From Octopus sinensis (Eukaryota), in NCBI RefSeq assembly GCF_006345805.1, contig NC_043010.1:65968001-66032000 (forward strand): a stretch of 64,000 nt of DNA. The letters run 5' to 3'. The notes below the pieces were generated by a model. The model searched no databases. It was not told the DNA's origin and worked only from the letters and a program-made list of their open reading frames with translations. Position numbers and translations under genes: made by a program. Below, one piece after another: positions 34,090 through 47,362 of the stretch; the first letter of the stretch is position 1; each line of letters begins with the position of its first letter.

Positions 34090-35829
34090 TCTGTGTTTGT
34101 CCCTCCTTGACATCGCTTGACAACCAATGTTTGTGTGTTTAAATCCCCGTACCTTAGCAGTTTGGCAAAGAAGACCTATAGAATAAGTACTTGGCTTACA
34201 AAGAATAAGTCCCGGAGTTGATTTGCTTGACTAAAGGAGGTGCTCCAGCATGGCCACAGTCAAATGACTGAAACAGATAAAAGAATAAAAGAATATCCAG
34301 TCCAAATATTTCACATGTTTCATGTTAAAACCCAACCAGATCCAACCTCTCAAACCAACCCTACAACATCATTCTAAAGATATGCAAACACAACATTGAA
34401 ATCTTGAAGCTACAAAACAATGTGAAACAAGAGTACTCAGAGAACGCAAACCTCCGCCAAAGCAACACCAATGTCCTCTCAACGATTAGCCGGAGAGGAT
34501 TTTTAAAATGAGAATATCTGAAATAAACTCAATTGCACTCACAAATGAGAAAATTAAGCAAAAAAAATACAGGAAAAATAATCTAGAATCCTTGTCTGGA
34601 ACTGGATCGATCCCAAAATCTAATCAGTTCATACCAGTTGTGAGGCCAAACATCCCTGAAAGTTTCATCCGAACCGAACCAGCGGTTCTTAAGATATCTT
34701 CTCCACAGACAAATAAACAAACACAACTGAAAACAATACTTCCATCTTCACTAAGGCAGAGGAAATAATTGGTTCAAAATGATGCAAATGGATAAGCAAT
34801 ACATTTCACAGAGTAACCTGAATGTTAATGGGTTAAAAAAAAAGGAGATGGTCATGTCTGGAATGGTTTTGATTCACAGATACATATGTATGTATGTGTC
34901 AGGTCACTTTTGAGTGCTACTGGTAACATGTAACCCAGTACAACCTGTTGCGTGGTCGGGTCGTCGGCGACTAAACCAGCAACCCCACCAAGCTTGCTTG
35001 GTGGGGAGGGTGTTTATTGGACACCCTGCGGGATGAAAAACAAAACCTGTCAAAGGGCGAAGGAACTCTTGAGAGTCAACGGCCATCCAATAAATGTCTT
35101 AATGCTGGATCATAGAAATAATCGGACTGAATACCCGATCGCACGGTTAAACCATTGGGAGTGAAGGACTCCTAGCCTTTGTTAGGGCATCCTTCTAGAA
35201 GGTAACGCAGGTAACTGGGATAACTCCGACATAAAACCTGCGGCTCAGTGGTTACCGATGATGTTGACTTGTTCTTCTTTTCGGATTATGGCTGCTGTTG
35301 CTTAGTGAGTGGGATTGACTCAGGGCACAACCTTTCCCCACTTTAAAAAAAAATCTTCTTGCACAGGCATTGCACTATAACAACATTGATTAAGCTTATT
35401 GAAATGGCCATACTCGATAATGAGGGGGCAGCCACCATATATATATATATATATATATATTCTTTTATTCTTTTACCTGTTTCAGTCTTTTGACTGTGGC
35501 CATGCTTGAATACTGCCTTTAGTCAAACAAATCAACCCCAGGACTTATTCTTTGCAAGCCTTGTACTTATTCTATCGGTCCCTTTTGCCAAACCACTAAG
35601 TTACAGGGATGTAAAGACACCAACACTGGTTGTCAAGCAATGGTGAGGGAACAAACACAGACGCACAAATACATACGTACATACATACATACATACATAA
35701 AAGCATTGGTCAGCCCGGGGCTATAGCAGAAGACACTTGCCCAAGATGCCACACAGTGGGACTGAACCCGGAACCATGTGGTTGGTTAGCAAGCTACTTA
35801 CCACATAGCCACTCATATATACAAACACA

Positions 35830-35935
35830 CAATTTTATATAAACATATATTTACACACACACACAGATATACATATATATATATATATTATATATATATA
35901 TATGCACACACACACACATACAATTTTATTCATAT

Positions 35936-35966
<31 letters not shown>

Positions 35967-37056
35967 CACATATACACATACACACACACACACACATATA
36001 TATATATACACAACACACACAAAATCTTTGACCGAACTTCCTGGGTGATGGATTCCATGTGCATGGGTATAACAGGCTGAGAAGGGGAAAGGTGGGGGTG
36101 GTAGTGTTGGTGGAGTATTCCTCTAGATTGTAGTGGGGTGGGGGTGGAAATTTACTGAGGGGGAGGGCGAGGATAGCAAGAGATGGCTTGAGGTGTTTCA
36201 GAGAAGAGGAAAGGAGACAGGGAGGAGTGCGAGGTGTGAGGTGGAGGGGTAGAGGTGAATGCAAGGCCATATTCCTTATACATGTACACCCTTATATATT
36301 TATGCATATACTACATTACAGTCATATGCGTATACACATATAAACACACACACACACTCAGGCACATATACAATCATATATATATATATACATACATACA
36401 TATATATATATACACATACATATACATACATATATATATGCATACATATACATATATATGCATACATATATATATATTATATATATATATATATATGCAC
36501 ACACACACACATACAATTTTATTCATATACACACACACACACACATATATATATATACACATATACACATACACACACACACACACATATATATATACAC
36601 AACACACACAAAATCTTTGACCGAACTTCCTGGGTGATGGATTCCATGTGCATGGGTATAACAGGCTGAGAAGGGGAAAGGTGGGGGTGGTAGTGTTGGT
36701 GGAGTATTCCTCTAGATTGTAGTGGGGTGGGGGTGGAAATTTACTGAGGGGGAGGGCGAGGATAGCAAGAGATGGCTTGAGGTGTTTCAGAGAAGAGGAA
36801 AGGAGACAGGGAGGAGTGCGAGGTGTGAGGTGGAGGGGTAGAGGTGAATGCAAGGCCATATTCCTTATACATGTACACCCTTATATATTTATGCATATAC
36901 TACATTACAGTCATATGCGTATACACATATAAACACACACACACACTCAGGCACATATACAATCATATATATATATATATACATACATACATATATATAT
37001 ATACACATACATATACATACATATATATATGCATACATATACATATATATGCATAC

Positions 37057-37080
<24 letters not shown>
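35830..37080. repeat. tandem duplication with 589-bp offset
   Basis: aaaatctttgaccgaacttcctggg at 36021 and 36610; the unique parts look identical. Confidence 0.92.
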
Positions 37081-37095
<15 letters not shown>

Positions 37096-37634
37096 CATAC
37101 ATACATATATATATATACATAGTCCAACCCATGCTAGCATGGAAAACGGACGCTAAATGATGATGATGATGATGATGATGATGAAATATACACACATACA
37201 CACACATACATACAGACACATACACACACATACATATAGACACATGCACACATACATCCATATATATATATATATAGTGTAATAAATAAAATATATGCAT
37301 ACATACATACATATATGTACATATATACATATACATATATAATACACACACACATACACGTTATCTATATACATATCTATATATAAATATATATACACAC
37401 AATTCTTACAATCACATGAATACACATATGTACTTTACACCCATACACCCTACCCATCCCCATATATATATATACATACACACACAAACTACAAACATAC
37501 ACCCACCAAGAGACTGGATGAGATAGGTTGATGACGAAGAGGCAGGGAAAGAGAAGATGGCAAATGTGGAGAAGATGAGAAACTGAGAAGGGAAGGAGTG
37601 GATGGTGGGGAGGAAGGTGTGAAGTAAAACACTG

Positions 37635-37730
37635 GTGGGGGGTGGGGGCAGCAGAGGGGGGGGTGGGGGCAGCAGAGGGGGGGGTGGGGGCAGCAGAGGG
37701 GGGTGGGGGCAGCAGAGGGGGGGGGTTAGG
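37635..37730 (+). repeat. G-rich repeat, about 24 bp x4 (gggggtgggggcagcagagggggg), G-quadruplex-prone
   Basis: direct reading. Confidence 0.85.
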
Positions 37731-40216
37731 TGATGATGGCGATAGTGGAGGCTAGTGGAGGCGGTGACAGTGGTAGTGATGATAGTGGTGGAAGCAGGGA
37801 TAGGATGATGCTTAAAAACTTCCTGTCAGTTATTCTTTTGGGGAGAGGGAAGGTTCAGGACCCAAAGAAATATATCACCAAGACATTTAGTGGGAAAGAA
37901 TGCTGCAGTAGCCACCACCACCACCACCACCACTGCCACCACCGCCGCCACCATTAAGGGAGCTTCTATATAGTCACTTGATGTGCTAGAGATAGCAGCC
38001 TGATCACCCTCCTAGCTTAAAAGTAAAGACACATTGAATAATGTAGTTTGGGGTTTACAGTACATGGAAAAACAAAGGATGGTCATGGCTGGAATGCCTT
38101 TGATCATAGATCTCTTTACTTAGGGTTACTCAAGGCTAAACAACAGCCATTTATCCTCATCACAGCTACCACCACCACCACCATCACCCCACCACCACCA
38201 CCAACCTCATCCCTTTTGATAGCTGTAGACATCATCATACCTTAATTATATTACCACCTCACATCACCATGACCACACCACCACCAGCCCTAACCAGACC
38301 CTTCAACAGTACATCAGACCTTCACTGGTAACACCACACAGATCAGGCCTTCCTTGTACTACCACTGCCACCACCACCTAAGCCCCTATCATCCTTTCAA
38401 TCCTGCCCCACACTCATCAATGTAGGCTTCCATGCACTATTATTATCATCATCACCATCATCATCATCGACATATTCACCATCCTAACCACCATCAACAC
38501 AGCCACCTTTACTGGAGACCAAGCTAACAAGGGATTACTCGATCTGCAAAAAATAGCAATGAAATTTCCTTTAAATGATGCCCTACCATCTTAAAATACC
38601 TATGTTGGGTTATGAGGTCTAGGAAACCAACTACATAGGGAAAAAAAGGTGATAGTCACAGATGGAATGTCTTTATCTTAGGTCATAAGGTGTATTTGAT
38701 CAGGACTGACCTAGGGTTAAACAACAAAAATAATGATCACATGGCTGTGCTAAAAATAATAGGTAAATTACATACAAATCTCACACTTCATCGTAAAAAG
38801 AAATTGACACGCTGAATAATCTAAGTTGTGAAATAAACCCAAAAAGATGAGATGGTCATGACTGGAATGACTTATATATGTATGTGCTCAATCAGAAAAG
38901 CAAGAGTGAGGAGAAATGTGTGTTTATGACGACAATTGAAAATAACCTTAGACTTCCTGCTGTGGGATGTTACAGGTTGTTTCAGAATATGAAGTTTTTC
39001 AGATAAGCAGAACCTATAATAATGCAACCAGCTAGAGTATGAGGAAGTTCCACTGACAATGTTCTAAGTTATAGAAGGATAGATATATCCTTGGTCTCTA
39101 ATCTTCCTGACAAAACAGGACAGAGAAGTGCTGGACTTAAAGGGGTGCAGATGTTGGTTATATCATCCTTCAAAGTTATTAGCTGTAAGCCCTGTATCAT
39201 TCATCTGGATATCATCTAGTGGTATGAGCGTCACTCTGTGAGCAATAGCTTTGCAAAGACAAAAATCCCCTTGGGGATGTACAGATATGTGCCTTTGGTT
39301 GTGGTATGTAATATAGAAGATAATATTGTCTAGGCAAGAATAGTTAACATTAACATTGTGTGCATTGAAGAGCTTTTATTGTTTGTCATGAGAGTAATGC
39401 TTTATAAAAGTTAGAAAGTTCATGGTGACATGTAAGGTATAGGGGAGAGGAGGAACTGCACCAGATGACTTTTCACTTTCTCACTTTCTTCAAATAAAGA
39501 AGGAGAAGGTAGGGAATTCTCCATTTGAAGTAAGTTATCACTAAAACCACTCCTAGCTATCACCTCATTATAGTAGGGAGCTACTTCTATTGGCAGATAA
39601 GCTGGAGATTCTTCTGCTTACTCTTACAACCAGATCCCTAATTATAACAGCAGAGATGTTTGAATTCATATGGGTTTATACAGTTTGTATGTCTTGGTTT
39701 TCTTTTGGAAATCTCCAACCAAAAATGTTCCTGTTCACAAAATGCAATATAAAAGCAATAAATACAATTATCTAATTCTTTAGGTACACTAATTAATGTC
39801 CAAGCATCTAACCCGGCTCCAAAAAGAAAAGGGAAATGGAGAGAATCATGAAAATAAATAATAGTTTAACCTTTTTGTTACCATATTTCTATTGTTTCAA
39901 TTAATTTAAATTGGGTTTTGGAACAAGAACATGAAATTTGAATGGAAGGTTTTAATTAAGACCATTTTCATCCTTTTCTTATCATGTTTCTATCAAAATA
40001 CTCTACCTTTGTTTCAATTAATTTAGAAAATAATGAGGAATTTAGTAAAATAAACTCAGTTGTTGTTAATCTGGGTTTTGGAATATAAATTAACATGCAT
40101 TTGAATGGAAGGTTTTAATTTCAATTGCTTTAAAACTGTAAGTTTGTACAATAGAAACATATGCAATCTCAGGCCAGCAGGTATTGAAAGAGTTGTAACT
40201 AAATTTTTATATTTTG

Positions 40217-40445
40217 TTTAACCCTTTCACTCTGTACTTATTTTGAGATGTTCTGTGTTTCTTTAAATTAATTTTAAATATAACAAAGAATTTAGTAAAA
40301 TAACATCGTTATCATTGAGCTAGTGTTAGGAACATAAATTGTGACTAAGGTTTGGTGGAAGATTTTAATTCAAAACTTATGAAGACAAGACATTTGTACT
40401 CAGAGTCAGAGCCGGTTTCAGCCAGGTTGGTAACGAAAGGGTTAA
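40217..40445. mobile_element. piggyBac-like MITE (TTAA-CCCTTT...AAAGGG-TTAA)
   Basis: Terminal inverted repeats with TTAA flanks; same family at 44728-44953 and 48276-48504. Confidence 0.8.
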
Positions 40446-41271
40446 GTAGCCAAATGACCAGAACTGCTTGCTGATAAATTTCTTCTCTCAGTATAAAATC
40501 TTAAAACAGTCTCTTATAGATGACTCCAAACATTAAAGAACACATCATTATCATCATCTAAACATAGAGGGGACAAACAAAGGGATTAAGACGATTACAT
40601 CGATCCCAGTGCACAACTGGTACTTATTTAATCAACCCTGAAAGGATGAAAGGCAAAGTTGACCTTGGCATAATTTGAACTCAGAATGTAGCGGCAGACG
40701 AAATACCACAAAGCATTTCGCCTGGTGTGCTAACAATTCTGCCAGCTCGTCGCCCTTCATAATGCCAACCATTTTAAAGTGTGTACTCAGTGTTTTTTTG
40801 CATGCCCCCCCCCCCACAACATTAGTGGAATTACCAAGTAACTTGCAAGACAGAAAATGAGAAGAAAAAGGAAGGAATATGAAAAAAAACAACAAAAGAA
40901 AAAAAAAAAAACTGTAAAATCTTGAGAAAGAACCAAGACAAGTCAATTAAATGAAAATATGCTTTTTACCAATTTTTTAACCAAAACATTCCAAATCACA
41001 TTTTGTTTTTTCTTGAGAATATTAAAAAAAAAATTATTTTTTAAAAAAAACTTTCATCAAATTCTTTATCAAAATTCCAAGTTCAGAAATCAGTTTTGAG
41101 ACATTTTCACCACATTTCGACAAAACGTTTAGGTCAATTTTGTCACCTTCTGTTTGATGTGGTGTGTGTGTATGTGTGCCTGTGTCTGTGTGCATGCACG
41201 TGTGTGCATATGAACTCAGTTGTTATTCTTAAAACTGATTTAAAGTAACATTACTTTAACTTATACACACA

Positions 41272-41312
<41 letters not shown>

Positions 41313-41505
41313 CACACATTATATATATATATATATATAATATATATAAATACATGTATGTATGAATATAGATATATGTGTATATATATGTGTATGTATG
41401 TATGTATCTATGTATATATGTATGTATATTATATGTATGTATGTATATGTAAGATATGTAATGTGCAGCTTCTCTGACAATGTAAAGTTTCCTATTTAAA
41501 CCATC

Positions 41506-42768
41506 TCACACTTTATTATTTCTACTTTTGTGTTTCCCTGTTAGAGTCTTTAATTTGACGGTGTTGGACGATTCTGTCATGTCTGTATTAAGAAGCTTAT
41601 AAAGGTTTTCATTCGACGGAGATCCGCTGCCCTCTACCGTGGCTGCAAACATGGGTTTCTCTTGATCCACAACATCTGCCACAGTAGCGCAGCCCTCACT
41701 AGGTTTGTCCGCATCTGATTCCATGTTGGACGGAGCAATTGGAAGCATTGAGTTATCACTTGGTGGTTTTTTTAACCCTGAAGAAATTCTTTTGGTAGCT
41801 GGAAGTTTCCTCACTCGAGCTGTGTCACAGAAACTCACAGCATGTTCGCCATTCGAGCTTCGGTCCGACAACTGACCATGCTCGTCATCAATGAAACTGG
41901 AACCGTCCGAGTCTGTCACAGCTATGACATCGCTCGCATTCCCATGGCTAAAACTACTGTTTGTTGCACTACAGCTCAGCGCATCAATATCCTCATCAGC
42001 TTTCATATTGTTTGGCTGACCCTCATCTGGTTTTGAAGCTGACACATCTGCATCCTGGATGTCAACGAGACCGGCAGACGCTTCCACAACATTTGTGACC
42101 ACTGCTGGCGATGAAGGGACGATCTCGTCCAGTGGTTCACAAGTCTTTATGCTGTCCAGCCAGTTCCAACAGCGGCGTGAGTTTTCTTCCAAATAAATAC
42201 GTTCGTCCTGCACATTACTGTAACCACCAAGTCGAAGTTCTTCAAGTTTAGCCTCGGCCAGAGACACCATCAGCGTGTCGTCCGGCAAGTCTTTTTCGTT
42301 GATCACCACGTGACTGCGCGTACGATGGATTCTTGGTGGCGCTCTCACTCTTCGCAGACGCCGTGGCGAGGACGAATTGGAGTAGGAGTGGTCACTTGTA
42401 CACTGCAAAATATGTTTCGGTCTGTCTGTAGCCACTGCTGGACAGTGTGGACTTGTGGAAGAGAAATGACCAAATTCAGAAGGCTGCAACGGCTGTGAAG
42501 AAGCACTGACAGGCGGGTGGGAGGAATCATTGTACTGAGGGTATTGTTGCTGGTGGTGGTGGTGGTGATGGTGGTGGAGGTTATGGTGGGGATGGTGGGA
42601 ATTTTGGTTGTTGTGGTGGTGGTGCTGGTGTTGGTAGTGGTGCTGGTGGTGGTGGTGATGGTGGTGGTGTCGAATTTGATGATGTGGATGCTTTGTCTGA
42701 GGTGAAGCTACCAGCGAACTATTTTGCAAATGAAGGCAGCCAGGACAATGAACCGACTGATTGTGAGG
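41506..42768 (-). CDS. uncharacterised protein, main ORF (His-rich tract, then a structured-looking core, then a Ser/acidic tail)
   Basis: About 420 codons open from 42768 in GC-richer, non-repetitive sequence; core IHRTRSHVVINEKDLPDDTLMVSLAEAKLEELRLGGY...ENSRRCWNWLDSIK; no in-frame ATG near its start. Confidence 0.8.
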   Translation of the reverse strand, partial: PHNQSVHCPGCLHLQNSSLVASPQTKHPHHQIRHHHHHHHHQHHYQHQHHHHNNQNSHHPHHNLHHHHHHHHQQQYPQYNDSSHPPVSASSQPLQPSEFGHFSSTSPHCPAVATDRPKHILQCTSDHSYSNSSSPRRLRRVRAPPRIHRTRSHVVINEKDLPDDTLMVSLAEAKLEELRLGGYSNVQDERIYLEENSRRCWNWLDSIKTCEPLDEIVPSSPAVVTNVVEASAGLVDIQDADVSASKPDEGQPNNMKADEDIDALSCSATNSSFSHGNASDVIAVTDSDGSSFIDDEHGQLSDRSSNGEHAVSFCDTARVRKLPATKRISSGLKKPPSDNSMLPIAPSNMESDADKPSEGCATVADVVDQEKPMFAATVEGSGSPSNENLYKLLNTDMTESSNTVKLKTLTGKHKSRNNKV

Positions 42769-43040
42769 CTACCACCACCACTGCCACCGCCGCCACAACC
42801 ACCACCACAAGCTGTACTATTGGTCACTTCTTCCATATTCCCACACACATCTCCTCTTCCGACAGTACAGCTGCCACTGTTAGCCAACCCATCTACACCG
42901 CTTCCGCCACTGACCATACCCGAATTACTCGGCGTCGGAAGAACTCTTTGATTGTTTGTCACAAAATCTCTCCAACTCGGTGGTTTAGGAGGTTTCAGTT
43001 GAAATGCTAAACACTCATTCTTCAAAGAATTTCGATACAT
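42708..43040 (-). CDS. probable N-terminus of the same protein, in a different frame (MYRNSLKNECLAFQLKPPKPPSWRDF...)
   Basis: ATG in gaaaATG context; overlaps the main ORF by about 60 nt; one extra base at 42768 would fuse them into about 511 aa. Confidence 0.6.
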   Translation of the reverse strand: MYRNSLKNECLAFQLKPPKPPSWRDFVTNNQRVLPTPSNSGMVSGGSGVDGLANSGSCTVGRGDVCGNMEEVTNSTACGGGCGGGGSGGGSLTISRFIVLAAFICKIVRW

Positions 43041-43815
43041 TTTCTCTTATTTTTATTTATTTGTTTTACCTTAATTTAGTGTTGATCGGCTAATAAATAC
43101 ATAATTGGGTGAAAAATGCTTCAGTTCTGAGGAGACAAAGAAAAGTTGTTGCACAAGTGCAGAAGAAGATTCCACTCCAATATTTGTGTGGGGGCCACAG
43201 AAAGGGAGCAGAAGCTACTAAGTTAATATCTGTGAGGAAATGGAGCTGTGGAGATGAAGTAGATGATTCCACTATTATATTGGTAAGAATAAGCTGGAAA
43301 CTCCAATCGAATATCTGGGAGACTGAGCAAGAAATTCCACTCAAATACTGCTGAGAGTGAGCAGGAAACTCCACTTGAATGTTGGTGAGATTGAGCAGGA
43401 AACTTCACTCAAATATTGGTAAGTGAGCAGATTTCGTTCAAAAATTGGTGAGATTGAGCAGACAGTCTGGTTAAAATATTGTTGAGACAGAGCAAATATC
43501 TAAGTAAGAACTTAAATATTGGTGAGATGGATTGGAAGAGTCCACTTTCATTTGATACACTGTTTTAATAACAATGTCATATTTTTCATCACAATGTCAA
43601 ATACCAATTAGAAAACTTCTTCATTATTCAACCAATTAGGATATTTTGGAGATTTTTTCTTTCTTTTTGGTAAGAAATATTTTTGTTGTCGCAAGTGTTG
43701 TCTGCTGAAAGACTACGACAGAAGAAATGGTAAATAATTAGATTGGTTGGAGATCAAGTAGGGATCTTAATTTGGCTAGGTCCACACTTGTCTGGTCAGT
43801 ATAGAAACATAATTA

Positions 43816-44303
43816 TCTCTTAATATAATGATGAGCATAGTGTTTTTATATATGTGTCCAAAATCACAGAGTAGGAGGAGGACGGAATAGGAGAAAGAGT
43901 GGTACAAGTGAAGGGAGAGGAGAGAAAATAGTAATTCAGTGAAGAAGAAGTAGTGAGGGTAATAGTCCTGACTGAGCGGGAATGAGAGAAAGTAAAAGCA
44001 ATGGAGAAAGGAAGGGGTGATAGATGAATAAGGAAGGAAGGGGTGAAAAACAAATCAGTGTTTCAACTCTATGTGAGTATATGTGTATATAAAAGGGTGG
44101 TGTGTGTGTGCAATGGAAATGGGATGGTGAACATTCAATGCTGAAAAGAAAAGTCAAACAGCATTTCAGCTCTGTTTGAGTATATGTGTGTATGTGTGTG
44201 CGTGTACAAGGGAAGTATGTGAATGTGTGTCTGTGTGATTATGTACCTTATTTATCCATAAAATACAATTAGCCGTCATTTTTGACGGCACAGGGTCAGC
44301 TAG
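43816..44303 (+). mobile_element. non-autonomous Helitron
   Basis: a|TCTCTTAATATAA start (inferred); 3' hairpin GCCGTC-attttt-GACGGC followed by CTAG|t. Confidence 0.65.
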
Positions 44304-44727
44304 TAATAATAATAATAAAGTCGGCCAACATCCATTACAACCACTTTGGGGTGTCTGTGTTTTGACTTTTCTTCCTTTGCTTTCTTCCTTTCTTTTTTTT
44401 TTTTTTTTGCTTGTTAAGAAAAAAATGTTTGAAGAATATTAATCACTTTTTAGTCTGGTATCACATCAAGAAAATTCCTCGGTAAAGTCATAAAGACCTG
44501 CAAAAGAAGAAAAATATATTTGTATAAATAATTGAGAAGAAAAAAATGGTTTAACAGAACTTAAGAACAATAAAAAAAAACATTAACAGCCAAGTTTTTT
44601 TTTTTTTTTTTAACCTGTTCTAAATCAGAGGTAACTCTTAATAATCGATTGATTAATAAATGCATAATTAGACAAAGTCCGCTTTGGTTCAGATGAAGAG
44701 AGAGAAAATATATTATTACAGAAATGT

Positions 44728-44953
44728 AACCCTTTCGTTACCAACCCGGCTGAAACTGGCTCTGGCTCTGTAGTACAAATCTCTTGTTTTCATAAGTTTT
44801 GAATTAAAATCTTCCACCAAACCTTAGTCACAATTTATGTTCCTAACACTAGCTTAATGATAACTAAGTTATTTTACTAAATTCTTTGTTATATTTAAAT
44901 TATTGGAAGAAACACAGAGCATCTCAAAATAAATACAGTAATGAAAGGGTTAA
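44728..44953. mobile_element. piggyBac-like MITE
   Basis: taaccctttcgttac ... gtaatgaaagggttaa. Confidence 0.8.
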
Positions 44954-45575
44954 AACTAGATTTAGAATTCTAAAGTTTAATACAAAAACACTTTCTATTT
45001 ATGTTTTAGTCTGATTAAGATGACAGTCGGATCTATGGATCATAGCTTTCTCATTCAGCCTCACAAGAAGAGATCAATATTATAAGTTATGTTAACATCA
45101 AAGACTCAGAATTCTTTCAGATGGCCTAAAATGATCATATTTTAATGGAAAATCTCAAACTTTAATTAAAACGTGCAGGAAAGCAAACTTCTTAAACCAG
45201 TCACAACCAGCCCAAAGATTCTACTTGTTTCATGTTGAAACTGGCCAAATCCAGCCTCTCACACATACCCTGCAATGTCATTCTCAAAATAAACAATCAC
45301 GTCATTAAAATCTCAAAGCTACAAGATAATGCATGATTACTTCAAAACAATGAGGGTAAATAAGCATTACATATGAGTGACAGAATAATCTGAAATGCTA
45401 AAGGGTTAAACACAGGGCCATCTACCAATATTAATCAACTAGAAACTAACATATGTAGTTTTTAAACTCAACTGCCCCTGGCTAACTTGTCCCCAGGATA
45501 ATTACCCCCAAGTAAGAGGAAATATAGTAAACAAAAGGCACAATTAAGGGGGTGTAAATATAAACCAATAAAACT

Positions 45576-45727
45576 AGTAAAGATTGTTTGCCAAAATAAC
45601 ATGGCAGTCCTGGTTTAGGACGAATATTGCTGTAATTTAGCCAAAGGAGACATCATCTCCAGTTGGCTACACGACACATTTGTCCTAAACCAGGACTGCC
45701 ATGTTATGTTGGCAAACAATCTTTACT
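45576..45727. repeat. hairpin with about 50-bp arms
   Basis: agtaaagattgtttgccaaaataacatggcagtcctggtttaggac pairs with gtcctaaaccaggactgccatgttatgttggcaaacaatctttact. Confidence 0.85.
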
Positions 45728-45891
45728 CCAAAGTACTGTTGCTGAATATCTCTTGTTGTGATAGTTAAAAATAGTAATAGCGTCTCCCCGCTACTTGACA
45801 ACCACTGTTGGTTTGTTTACATCCTTGTAACTTAGCAGTTTAGCAAAAGAGACCGATAGAATAAGCACTTATTCAAAAAAAAAAAGCAAGT

Positions 45892-46305
45892 AGGCGCAGG
45901 AGTGGCTGTGTGGTAAGTAGCTTGCTAACCAACCACATGGTTCCGGGTTCAGTCCCACTACGTGGCATCTTGGGCAAGTGTCTTCTGCTATAGCCCCAGG
46001 CCGACCAATGCCTTGTGAGTAGATTTGGTAGACGGAAACTGAAAGAAGCCTGTCGTATATATGTATATATATATGTATGTGTGTGTATGTGTTTGTGTGT
46101 ATGTGTTTGTGTGTATGTGTTTGTCTCCCTAGCATTGCTTGACAACCGATGCTGGTGTGTTCACTTAGCGGTTTGGCAAAAGAGACCGATAGAATAAGTA
46201 CTGGGCTTACAAAGAATAAGTCCCGGGGTCGATTTGCTCGACTAAAGGTGGTGCTCCAGCATGGCCGCAGTCAAATGACTGAAACAAGTAAAAGAGTAAA
46301 AGAGT
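45892..46305 (+). mobile_element. family A SINE, near full length
   Basis: head ggcgcaggagtggctgtgtggtaag, tail (agtaaaag)n. Confidence 0.88.
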
Positions 46306-47029
46306 AATCACTGGGGTTGATTTGTTTGACAAAAAAAACAACTTTTGAGGCAGTGCCCCAGCATGGCCACAATCCAACAACCAAGACAAGATAAAAAACC
46401 AAAAGCTGTGATGTTCGTGCCTTTTCTTAAAAGCATTCGCTACCTCCTTACGTGCACATAAGTGAAACAGATTTAACCCAAGCGCCAAAACTGGGTCAGA
46501 GAAGAATCGGTTTGCCAAGATGATGCCACATACCAAAGTCTGCTAGATACACAGCCATTAATAATGATTTCTTTTGTTTAGGCACCAGGCCAATGCTTCA
46601 GCAGGAGGCAACGGAGGGGTGGATGAGGGGGGAGGGGGTATCTTACATGGTACATGCTTCCAGTCAGACAGCACACCTAATCTGACAATTCTCTTGCATC
46701 TATCTCTTCTCCATGCCACCCCCAGCCCCCCACCCGAACATCTTCTATTCTTTTCTTTTATTCATTATCATAATTCCTCTATTTTCTGTTTCACCCACAA
46801 AATGTACCCTTTTACAAATTTTCCTTTCAATACCCTCTTTAACTTTTCCTAAGTTACCCCAGTATTTTAAGACTCTTTTGTCACTGCTATATTTCTACTG
46901 AAATATGCTGCCCTGAATTTAAATTAATTTTGAAATTAATGAAAAACTTAGTGAAATAACTGTTGTTAATAAGTAGAGCTATGGAGTCAAAACAAAAAAC
47001 TTCGACTCTGACTCCTCGACTATTGGCAC

Positions 47030-47362
47030 CTCTGACTCTGACTCCTCTATGTAATTAAGTGATTGTGGTCTATTTTACTGACTCTGACTCCTCTATGTAA
47101 TTAAGTGATTATGTCTATTTTACTGACTCCGACTCTATGTAATTAAGTGATTGTGTCTATTTTACTGACTCCAACTCCTCTATGTAATTAAATGATTGTG
47201 TCTATTTTACTGACTCTGACTCCTCTATGTAATTAAGTGATTGTGTCTATTTTACTGACTCTGACTCCTCTATGTAATTAAGTGATTGTATCTATTTTAC
47301 TGACTCCGACTCCTCTATGTAATTAAATGATTGTAGTCTATTTTACTGACTCTGACTCCAGC
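47030..47362. repeat. 45-47 bp minisatellite x7 (gactcctctatgtaattaagtgattgtgtctattttactgactct)
   Basis: direct reading. Confidence 0.92.

Noticed and set aside
34881-34985. HDV-like ribozyme (P1 GGTCAC/GTGGTC, GG, P4 hairpin, CTAA)
   Set aside because: No P2 5' strand sits directly before a valid P3/L3, so the double pseudoknot cannot be completed.
38950-39560. Possible very old Penelope/GIY-YIG coding remnant
   Set aside because: The peptide similarity is too weak to call by eye.
42708-42771. Stop-codon readthrough or A-to-I recoding of TAG to join the two ORFs
   Set aside because: The ORFs are in different frames; reading through either TAG gives nonsense (poly-Trp upstream or poly-Thr downstream).
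44247-44497. Possible 5' UTR exon of the minus-strand gene
   Set aside because: The acceptor looks good, but the only donor I found lies inside a Helitron; unsupported without RNA data.
47030-47362. CRISPR-like regular array
   Set aside because: Units are contiguous and near-identical, with no variable spacers and no cas genes, in a eukaryotic context.
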